This document shows positions 35,401-42,908 of a stretch of 64,000 bases of DNA, in pieces (position 1 is the stretch's first letter; each line of letters starts with the position of its first letter). Under the pieces are notes generated by a model. It searched no databases, had not been told where the DNA came from, and saw only the letters and a program-made list of their open reading frames with translations. Location: positions 1 through 64,000 of the IMG/VR virus record IMGVR_UViG_3300037504_000888; one strand, given 5' to 3'. A program made the translations under genes and the position numbers. The stretch is from a virus.

Positions 35401-36726
35401 GATGTCGACTACCTCAGTGCCGTGCGCGGCATCTGGTATGCGCTCTACAACGGCCCTACGATGCGCAACCTTCGCATCGCCCTTCAGATCTTCTTGGGGC
35501 TGCCCTTCGCCGAAGTGGCGGGCATCATTCGCGAGATCCGCACCGATTTTCTCAGTCAGCGTAGCCGCATTCTCATTCAGGACGCTGACAACCCGGCCAT
35601 CGTCCGTTCTTACGTCTATCCACGAGTGCTCGAAGTCGAGGTGAATCCGGCGACGGGTGATAAGTACGCCGTGGGCGACTCAGTGGACGAGTTCGCCCCG
35701 CTCGTTACGGGCGCCGAGATCGTCGACTACGTCAAGGACCCCACCTGGTTCCAGGGCATCACCACCCAGGGCATCTTCGTCGAGCCTCAGAAGTACCACA
35801 CGTTCGCAGTACGTGTAGACAGCGAGGCGTTCAACTTGAACTCCCTGCGCTTCGCGCAGGACTTCGTCAATGGGGTGAAGCCAACGTATACCGATCCGAT
35901 GTACCTCATCGTCTTCCGTGTGGCGGGTGACGGGGACGAGATCGACGTAGTCGACGACATCGAGATGAACGTCACCCTGCACCTACAGGACTCGATGTGC
36001 GACCGCCTCGGGGCGAGCACACGCTACGACCAGCCATTCCCCGGAGGAGACGAGTATGGTTGGAACTGGCGCAACAAATTCGACCACAACGACGACCCGA
36101 CGGATGCCGACCCCAGCTACCCCGGACCAAGCGACACCGTTCGGTGGGGCTACGACAAGGAGTACATCTGCCCCGACGACATCGTTGAAGCCGAGCGCTG
36201 CGAGGAGTACAACAACGAGATTCCTCGGTACGACTCAGTCCTCAAGTACGACGTGGGCCCCTTCCAGCAGCTCATCGACACTACGGCGGGTCCGCTCGTC
36301 TTCCCACAAACCTTCAATCTGGGAGCCGCCTTCGATGGTACAATCAGTCGCATCTTTCTTCAGCTCGAGGGAGACACCGGCACCATTACGGAAGCCGAGT
36401 GGCAGGTGGAGCTGCTCGTGGACTCGGTTGTTGAGGCGACGGTGCCGTTCTCGCTGGGTCGCAGTGAGTACCAGAACCCCGGTCCCGCCCTTGTCTTCGT
36501 AGTCACGCTGGAACAGAACGTCGAGGTGGTGGCTACGGTGAGCGTACCCGTTACGGCCGGTCAGACTGTGGAGCTTCGAGTACAACCGGTGAGCGCCGCT
36601 GCACAGAACCCTACGTGGACGGCTGCTCACTACGCCGTGAACATCAGTCAGGGCGTATGGCAGTTCGATACGCCGGTTGATGGTACCCTATGTTCCCTGG
36701 GGGAGCTGGACCCGCCTGAGCCATGA
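32434..36726 (+). CDS. Large baseplate/tail structural protein with PKD/REJ-like domain
   Basis: NLAPVALAGDDQ..LDGTNSFDPEG..YEW; C-terminal NGPTMRNL..LGLP..VKPTYT resembles wedge subunits. Confidence 0.7.
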   Translation: MAGDGFGNAPWGGGSWGGVLSTAGGDAPENIPFTVDWDIFDLSGVRQPNDMDRVQSFVETSTIGNGASFFIASFNICSGGTAPAYPTDTAQLLIDKAVTEDFTIEWRVAFNDLPPDFSDLVNEHVYLGAWSQQDFAVGFFFSQAGIQHTGELTLTGGNIGVVQTPDDLPGSSSWIKPGVEYVIRAAVNSETQLLYLFVTPAADIDSGSPPILRAILVAKPTLLASEDNILVSVRGTATNRSCVELFNYQMSSKFLVSNLAPVALAGDDQAINRCSIVELDGTNSFDPEGEELTYEWRLIDAPQGSMFVVEGTDGVTQPKAVPTGFTDRFFSDTLGVADSVESIQDGDVVTLVDGSFTIVDKGTDSGNFYVDVEYSQIPDSYGGVAFKLLRQAGISRPTTANPTFYPDVLGFYLFDLRVNDGELSSSPLGLNRDRVLINVVESALPRGCAVDTEFMFNYMLSFWRLVEDKDRIATFFEAVSRVASSELYTLWQVEYSKSLRDIQRTFVRRWLHYDLLLPEPVPELTRVRDVWSGVTTTALPAGIIVGGKRLIVSSPRLTDPVEITLNTPGVVSPSYYALELQTVLRQAIDPSFSATSFRGRAGLESITQLASLLYPDDVQGRYITVTVDGTNVESVTIGMPVDATAFIAELVAGLPSASVTTEAGLLRIGSKTLGGSIIIDDASTLLGINAGPLIFPDSTAESPHYVRVTADVPFTFTSLSSAPGFSYPVNNTLLGGLSGQKVAERTFRADQSLSSYGLAEGDLLVVGRVAFSIVRIIDDESDDLPFQRVVVNRALSTDLDAPDDASEAPATEWIVPGWVQSEFLNFYNGLVDRGDYVDFEVVLEGQTELVETTAIGVSPSRPNRLGIDTPSLRSVLTGSETSVRLARVIRRHYVPVDARTEDIPILNDVIAIEDTDAVLRRNVDFFIEEFRGRNSVRFSTGVGAELGDVWEGDRPPDRLWAEYTFFNNEELIEANFGAAIGLTRDRVPDDVDYLSAVRGIWYALYNGPTMRNLRIALQIFLGLPFAEVAGIIREIRTDFLSQRSRILIQDADNPAIVRSYVYPRVLEVEVNPATGDKYAVGDSVDEFAPLVTGAEIVDYVKDPTWFQGITTQGIFVEPQKYHTFAVRVDSEAFNLNSLRFAQDFVNGVKPTYTDPMYLIVFRVAGDGDEIDVVDDIEMNVTLHLQDSMCDRLGASTRYDQPFPGGDEYGWNWRNKFDHNDDPTDADPSYPGPSDTVRWGYDKEYICPDDIVEAERCEEYNNEIPRYDSVLKYDVGPFQQLIDTTAGPLVFPQTFNLGAAFDGTISRIFLQLEGDTGTITEAEWQVELLVDSVVEATVPFSLGRSEYQNPGPALVFVVTLEQNVEVVATVSVPVTAGQTVELRVQPVSAAAQNPTWTAAHYAVNISQGVWQFDTPVDGTLCSLGELDPPEP

Positions 36727-37388
36727 TTCATCCGCCTGGAACCAACGTTGCCATCCGCCACTACAGGGCGGGTCAGCTCGTAGAGGCGCGCGACGTTCAC
36801 AACGCGTGGGTGAACAACGGCCGCGGGTGGTTGTCGAAGCTCGTCTCTCTGCAGGTGCTTGACCCTGGCAACCCGGCGGGGGACGTGGCGGAGAACAACG
36901 CTCGGATTCGTTACTTCGGTCTGGGCATGGGCGGGCATCAGGCATCGGCAAGTTCGCTGGTGCCTCCATACTCCACGTACTACCAGCCGGGCGCCGACCC
37001 CAACGCCACAGCCGGCAACGAGTACCGTAGCGACTTCGCCTCGAACATCAGTACGCTAGAGAGACCAGTGCGCAGAAGCGGGACGCTCGACCCCTACCCG
37101 GGGGACCCGGCGGACGTCTGGTTGTACGAGGACATCCCGGTGTGGCGTCGCGATACACAGTCGGTGACGTTCAACGTCTCCGTCGACGCTACGGGTGGCG
37201 AGCTCATCTACGGGGCCCTCACCGACCTGCCTATCAGCGAGGCGGGGCTCTTCACTGACGACACCGGCGTGAGCATCAACCAGCCGTACAGCCCTCTGAT
37301 TGCCTACGTGAACTTTGGTACAATCCAACTCACCACGAGCAGCATCGTGCTTTTCTCGTGGACCGTGCGATTTGCGGACGCCCCATGA
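36723..37388 (+). CDS. Tail/baseplate structural protein (paralogue 1)
   Basis: HN..GRGWL, RYFGLG, ISEAGLF. Confidence 0.7.
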   Translation: MIHPPGTNVAIRHYRAGQLVEARDVHNAWVNNGRGWLSKLVSLQVLDPGNPAGDVAENNARIRYFGLGMGGHQASASSLVPPYSTYYQPGADPNATAGNEYRSDFASNISTLERPVRRSGTLDPYPGDPADVWLYEDIPVWRRDTQSVTFNVSVDATGGELIYGALTDLPISEAGLFTDDTGVSINQPYSPLIAYVNFGTIQLTTSSIVLFSWTVRFADAP

Positions 37389-38038
37389 AGTTCAACGAAG
37401 ACATTTTGGTCAGGTACAACCTGCAGATCATCGCTCGTGAGCGCGGGAAGATCGTTCAGCGTCACGAGTCGCACAACATATTCCTCGACTTGGGGCGGGA
37501 GTGGTTGTCGAACCTCATCTCGTATCAAGCGTACGGCCCGCCGCCGGAGTATCAGAGCGAGGCGCGTGTTCGCTACATGGGCTTCGGCATCGGGGGAACG
37601 CAGCAGGTGGCGCCAGAACTCAGCGAACAGAGCCCCATTGGTTCCTCTGGCGACCCCTACGAGGCTAACAGCGCCGCCGGTATCGGCTCGAACGCGCAGA
37701 CCGACCAAAACCGCTCGGTGACCCGCCTCGAGCGCCCCGTGCGAGTTAGTGGCTCGAGTTCGAACTACCCCGGCACGGGCGGAGACGTCTGGATTGGCGA
37801 GATTCAAGCGCCGGTCTTCCATGAAACCGCGACGAGCGCTCGCTTCGTGCGCGTCTTCACGCAAGAGGAGATCAGTTACACCCCGTTCACTGCTGTACCC
37901 CTCAGCGAGGCTATGCTCTACACGTCTGACGCCAACCCGGCGTTTTACCTAAATACGGGTATCGCGTACGACACTTTTCCCACCATCAGCAAGACCACGT
38001 CCATTGCACTAGAAGTCCAATGGACCTTCAACTTCTAA
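37385..38038 (+). CDS. Tail/baseplate structural protein (paralogue 2)
   Basis: HN..GREWL, RYMGFG, LSEAMLY; ATGA coupled. Confidence 0.7.
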   Translation: MKFNEDILVRYNLQIIARERGKIVQRHESHNIFLDLGREWLSNLISYQAYGPPPEYQSEARVRYMGFGIGGTQQVAPELSEQSPIGSSGDPYEANSAAGIGSNAQTDQNRSVTRLERPVRVSGSSSNYPGTGGDVWIGEIQAPVFHETATSARFVRVFTQEEISYTPFTAVPLSEAMLYTSDANPAFYLNTGIAYDTFPTISKTTSIALEVQWTFNF

Positions 38039-38048
38039 CGGGACGGCC

Positions 38049-40082
38049 ATGCCCTTTCATCGTTTCGTAGACCCCACCTACAACCTGATTGGTGGCTCCT
38101 TCCCCGGAACCATCGGGGCACAGACCTACGACCGCGTCAACGTCATCAGCGGTGGCACGGGTGGTGGCGGGGCGGCCAATGCTGATGCCGCCAAGGTGGG
38201 TGGTCCCAACGCGGGCACCTACTTCGTGGCTTTCGGCGAGGATGCCACGAGTTCTTTCGCCAACCGCGGTTTGCGCGCCCTGGCAGAGAACACCGACTTC
38301 CTCGACAACGTCGCTCGCGGCAACATCCCGGGCTACAGCGTCAATTCGTCCGTCGCCGTCAGCGGTACTTCGTTCGTGCTCACCGGTGACGTTTGGACCG
38401 GTGACACACTGGCTGCAGCCGACGATCTCGTTACTCTCATCGACGCCTCGACTGGGCGCGCCCCAGTGCAGAGCAACGGGCAACGTCTTCAGGTCTCGGG
38501 CATCTACGACAACGCCAACGCGGTCAATGTGTTGGGTAATGGGTGGGTGACCAACCCCACGGTTCGCCTCAACGCCTCGTTCACGGGCAACCTCAACGTC
38601 GCCTACGGAGGTCGTACGAGTCGTGCGCGCATGCTCGAGGAGACCGAGCAGGACCGCCATTGGTTGATGTTGATGGGTGCGTGGGCGCGCGTCTTCAAGA
38701 ATGAGCTCATCGCGTGGCACGGACTCAACGAGCGCTATAGCCGTGCCGATAGCGTCAACGACCAGGGTGGGCTGCTTGACGTCACGCCTAACACGCCAGG
38801 GTCTGGCGCCACCATCTACCGCAACGGGCAGGCGCTCGTTCTGCTGCACCCGAATCAGGACTACTGGGTCTCTGCACCACCTGACCCGTACTTGGCGCTG
38901 TTCCGTGCGGAGAAGGTCAACACGAACCTTGAGACAGAAGACCGTCAGAAGGCTGGGGTCATCGGGTTTCAATCGATTTACGCCAAGGCCATCGATCCTG
39001 GTGAAGCGGGTGACGAAGGTAGCAACCTGTTCGACTTCGTGGCGATGGCACGTCGCAACGTCGTCAGCGATACGGTCGGTACCGGAACCGCCTACACCTA
39101 TGTGCCCGTAGAGGCTCCGTGCATCCTGAACCCGGGGGGAACTGGGGACTACACCCTACAGTTGACCAACGCTAGCCACTACTGGTCTCGAAACGAGGGA
39201 GGGACCGACGTCACTGGTGCGCGTGGTGGGGGCTTCGACCTAGCTCTGGTGACTTGGGGAGGCGTTACGCGTTTGCTCAAGTTGTCGCAGTCCATTGTGG
39301 GCGGTGGCGGCTACAACCAGGCTACCTTTGTCAGCGTCAACGGACCCTCTGGTACGGGCCCGTTCAATGGTCTCAACAACGAGCCGGCGACGGTGACATG
39401 GATCACCCCCCATTTTTGGATGGGTGGGCAGAATGACTACCCGTTCTTTTATGGGCACGCTCCGTACAACTCAGACGACCTGGATACGGAGTTCTTCAAC
39501 CCGCCCTTCTTCTTGGCGGGTTCTCGGTATGAGAGTCACGGCCTTCCGTCGCCCAACGGACGAGTCAATCAGGCGTTTTCCTGGGGTGGGTTTGACAAGA
39601 GAAGCGGTACCGCTCCGGATCGACGCGGCATCATGTACGGCGACGGTTCCCTCGAGTGCGTTCGTGTAGCCGCCGACCTGCACTCGCTGGCACCAATACA
39701 AGACTTCATCAATTCGAGTGGCGACACAGCTACCCTAGACGCCTATCTCCAAGGTACCTACGCGCAGTCGGAAACAGGGTTCAACGTTCACTGCAACGTT
39801 AACACCGGTGCAACCGGTACAGGTACTATCAACTTCAACTTCTACGCGGGCGGGCTTGCCACAATGCCCCTGGGTACTCGTTGTACGGTGACTTTGAACG
39901 TCACTGTCGACACCCTGGATGACCTCGTGCTCAACTGGGGTGGGGACATTCCCTTCCTCTTCAGTGGAGGCGAAGACCAGGTGCCCCCGGATGTCGTGGG
40001 GGTGTACAAGTGGGAGGGCCTAGTCACCCTCGTTGGCAGTAGCGTCAGAACTTGGCTGATGACTCGTACAGACTACATCTGA
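38049..40082 (+). CDS. Putative tail fibre/structural protein
   Basis: ANRGLRALAENTDFL fibre-anchor-like segment; Gly/Thr-rich. Confidence 0.65.
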   Translation: MPFHRFVDPTYNLIGGSFPGTIGAQTYDRVNVISGGTGGGGAANADAAKVGGPNAGTYFVAFGEDATSSFANRGLRALAENTDFLDNVARGNIPGYSVNSSVAVSGTSFVLTGDVWTGDTLAAADDLVTLIDASTGRAPVQSNGQRLQVSGIYDNANAVNVLGNGWVTNPTVRLNASFTGNLNVAYGGRTSRARMLEETEQDRHWLMLMGAWARVFKNELIAWHGLNERYSRADSVNDQGGLLDVTPNTPGSGATIYRNGQALVLLHPNQDYWVSAPPDPYLALFRAEKVNTNLETEDRQKAGVIGFQSIYAKAIDPGEAGDEGSNLFDFVAMARRNVVSDTVGTGTAYTYVPVEAPCILNPGGTGDYTLQLTNASHYWSRNEGGTDVTGARGGGFDLALVTWGGVTRLLKLSQSIVGGGGYNQATFVSVNGPSGTGPFNGLNNEPATVTWITPHFWMGGQNDYPFFYGHAPYNSDDLDTEFFNPPFFLAGSRYESHGLPSPNGRVNQAFSWGGFDKRSGTAPDRRGIMYGDGSLECVRVAADLHSLAPIQDFINSSGDTATLDAYLQGTYAQSETGFNVHCNVNTGATGTGTINFNFYAGGLATMPLGTRCTVTLNVTVDTLDDLVLNWGGDIPFLFSGGEDQVPPDVVGVYKWEGLVTLVGSSVRTWLMTRTDYI

Positions 40083-40089
40083 GGATACG

Positions 40090-41550
40090 ATGAGCTCACA
40101 CGCAGAGATTCAATCCCGTCGACTGGTACGACCTGAGACGGATCTTGTCAGTATCAGTAGTGGTGGCACTTACGAGTGGGACCCCCGTAAGAGCGGGACG
40201 TTGAATGTCGTTACAACGGGAACCAATTACGCCCCGCTGGAGATCAACTTTCATCCGGACTACGTTCCCGTAAGAGGGGAGACGTTGCGCATCGAAGGCC
40301 GGGAAGGAGTTGTCGGTGGCTTCCTCTCTCAAGGCATGATCGACCTGCAGAGCATCGTGGTCTCGGAGTCTGGCCCACGTCCCCGGCAAAACTTCGGGGG
40401 TACGTTGGTGTATGGTCGAGTCAACTCGTCACCTGTTTCGGACCAATGGTTCTTCTACCCTGACGTGGAGCCCCCCACCGCGGAAGACGTTGTCCGATCT
40501 CTGCACGCGTACTCCGTTATTGCTGATGGCATCTCCGCGGTAGCTCAGACTTTTGTGGGTCCCACATTTCCTCTTCCGGACCAGGGGGAAATAGTCAAGT
40601 GCAGTATTGCTAACGACGCCACTCTCGACCTCACGTACTTGCAGCCCTTGTGGAGTACCCGCGTTACTAGTGATACGTGGGCCTACGGAAGTCCGAGCTG
40701 GGTCAACAACTGGATGCTGAGTGATGGTCGCACCTATTATGGTTGTCAGGCTGAAGGTTCGACGGGCACTCAGCTGGGTGGCTGGACGTCAGCAAGCTCC
40801 ACCGGCTCGCAGTTTGGTGCGCATGCGTCCGCAGAAAGTGTCTGGGTGGTCGACACCGATACGACGGACGCCAATGAAGTGGGCATTCTTCTTATTCTCC
40901 CTTCGGGTAGTGTGTCTATCAACCGGTCAACCGACGGTGGTTCCAACTGGACAGGTATCGCGGGACTGTCGATTGGCACTGAGACAGTGACCGCTGTCAT
41001 CCCTGACGTTAGAATCGGCGGAGGAAGGTCTGGCACCTTCTTCGTACTCACTGCAGAGGGCTCGGTCTGGTACTTCACAGGCGCAGGGGGTATCGGGAGC
41101 CCTTCGAACCATCAGGTAGTTGGTCCTACTGGAAGCGCCTTCCGGTGCGGAGTGTTCGACTCGTTCACTGGAGACGCCTACTTCGGAGGGGACGACGGGC
41201 AGGTCTACCGAGCCATCGGGGACGACTGGACAAACACAGCCAACTACGAGTCCACGGGCAACATCAGCTCCGTTTACACCGTACGAGCGATGGCCTTCGC
41301 CGAGTCACGGCTACAACTGTACACGCTGCTCGGAAGAGATCGAGGAGGTTCGATCGGTGAGGAGGTCTTCGTCGCTCGTAGCGACACCAGAGCCATCTAC
41401 TGGACGACCGCGCCCCTACACGCCTACTACGATGCCGCCGTTGTATACCCACCCCACTTGGACGCTTTCGGTGGTTACCTGTACCTTAGTATCCCACTAC
41501 AGGCAAACGACCAACAACCGGTTCAGTTCTACCGGATGCTAGCGGTTTAG
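40090..41550 (+). CDS. Beta-propeller (Asp-box) protein, putative receptor-binding protein
   Basis: RSTDGGSNW Asp-box; repeated GxxGxVY/W blades. Confidence 0.6.
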   Translation: MSSHAEIQSRRLVRPETDLVSISSGGTYEWDPRKSGTLNVVTTGTNYAPLEINFHPDYVPVRGETLRIEGREGVVGGFLSQGMIDLQSIVVSESGPRPRQNFGGTLVYGRVNSSPVSDQWFFYPDVEPPTAEDVVRSLHAYSVIADGISAVAQTFVGPTFPLPDQGEIVKCSIANDATLDLTYLQPLWSTRVTSDTWAYGSPSWVNNWMLSDGRTYYGCQAEGSTGTQLGGWTSASSTGSQFGAHASAESVWVVDTDTTDANEVGILLILPSGSVSINRSTDGGSNWTGIAGLSIGTETVTAVIPDVRIGGGRSGTFFVLTAEGSVWYFTGAGGIGSPSNHQVVGPTGSAFRCGVFDSFTGDAYFGGDDGQVYRAIGDDWTNTANYESTGNISSVYTVRAMAFAESRLQLYTLLGRDRGGSIGEEVFVARSDTRAIYWTTAPLHAYYDAAVVYPPHLDAFGGYLYLSIPLQANDQQPVQFYRMLAV

Positions 41551-41559
41551 GAGGAGAAC

Positions 41560-41976
41560 ATGAACAATCTGCTTGCTGAGTTCAGCCTGCTGGGGGTGTG
41601 CGCCCTGGCCGTTGCTATCGTCGTGCTCAGCGCCTTGGTGCGCAAGACGCTCGAGCTCATCTGGCCCTGGCTCTCCAAGGTCGAGGTGGTATCGAAGCAG
41701 CAGAGAGTGGCGGAGTATCACAACCAGGTGGCGCGCTTCTACAACGAGCTCGGCCTCTACGTGCTGCCCTACGTCATCGGCTCGCTCATCGCCATTGGCA
41801 AGATCACGTTCGTCTTTGGCTCCATCGAGACCTACGCAGGTCGGTGGATCTTCTCCATGCTCGTGGCGACATTCAGCGCTCTCTTCTACAAGAGCATCAA
41901 GAAGGCCATCCCGGGTCTGCTCGGTGTGCAAGTCGAGACCAGTGACAAGATCCTCGAGCTGCCGAAGAAGGAGTAG
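41560..41976 (+). CDS. Multi-TM membrane protein, putative holin
   Basis: Three hydrophobic segments and a charged C-terminus; follows tail genes. Confidence 0.55.
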   Translation: MNNLLAEFSLLGVCALAVAIVVLSALVRKTLELIWPWLSKVEVVSKQQRVAEYHNQVARFYNELGLYVLPYVIGSLIAIGKITFVFGSIETYAGRWIFSMLVATFSALFYKSIKKAIPGLLGVQVETSDKILELPKKE

Positions 41977-41979
41977 CTC

Positions 41980-42363
41980 ATGCCCTTCTGGATGGTCCTA
42001 AGCATCTGGTGGGTGGAGAAGGCCGAGCCCTGGTTGAAGCGCAACTGGCATTGGATGGTAGCCGCCACGGGCGGCCTCGTGCTTTTCATCTTCGCCATCA
42101 CCAAAAAGAGGCCCAAGGTCGAGATCGTTTCAACCGAGCTCTCGGGGGCCGACCAGGTGAAGCGGGACCTCGAGGAGCAGAAGCGCGCCGAGGAGGCCGT
42201 GCTCAAGGACGAGCGCGACTCCGACCTCAAGAAGGCCGAGGAGCAGCGTAACGACACCATCAGCGGTCTCCTTGAGGATCAAGAGGACCGTGCTGAGAGC
42301 CCGCCTGAAGGGGATTCTCTCACTGACTTCCTCAAGGACGTTGGGAAGGACGTGCGTAGATGA
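41980..42363 (+). CDS. Membrane-anchored coiled-coil protein, i-spanin-like
   Basis: N-terminal TM followed by a charged helix. Confidence 0.45.
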   Translation: MPFWMVLSIWWVEKAEPWLKRNWHWMVAATGGLVLFIFAITKKRPKVEIVSTELSGADQVKRDLEEQKRAEEAVLKDERDSDLKKAEEQRNDTISGLLEDQEDRAESPPEGDSLTDFLKDVGKDVRR

Positions 42364-42893
42364 AGTATGACGACGAGCTGCTAGCGACGCTGGAAGAGTT
42401 CCCCAGGTTCCGCATCAAGTTCAAGCACGAGAGCTGGTTCATGAAGCTCCTGAACGTGCTGCTGCTGATCGTCACTTTCGGTCAGCAGCGTGGGTTCATG
42501 ACGCGGTTCATTACCACTATCGGTCGATACATGTGGGTTCCGAGGGATTGGGGGGAGTGGAACGACAAGGGGCGTGCCCTCATCCTGCGTCACGAACGCG
42601 TTCATATGCGTCAGCAGGAGTCCTTGGGCATGGTTGTCTACGTGCTGACGTACCTCTTGTGGCCCATCCCCATACTCTGGGCAAATGGGCGCACCGAGCT
42701 TGAGATGGATGCGTACGAGGAGACGCTGCGGGGGTTCTATGAGTACTTTGGGGCTGCCGCTCTGCGTGACCCCGAGCTCCGCAAGAGCATAATCAAGCAC
42801 TTCACCAGTGGCGACTACGCGTGGATGTGGGTGGGTCGTCGTCGCATCGAACGGTGGTACGACGACGCCATTGCGCGGATTCTTGATCGATAG
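42360..42893 (+). CDS. HExxH metallopeptidase-like membrane protein
   Basis: TTIG..LILRHERVHMRQ..EMDAY. Confidence 0.75.
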   Translation: MKYDDELLATLEEFPRFRIKFKHESWFMKLLNVLLLIVTFGQQRGFMTRFITTIGRYMWVPRDWGEWNDKGRALILRHERVHMRQQESLGMVVYVLTYLLWPIPILWANGRTELEMDAYEETLRGFYEYFGAAALRDPELRKSIIKHFTSGDYAWMWVGRRRIERWYDDAIARILDR

Positions 42894-42908
42894 CTGGTAG
42901 AATGGGGC

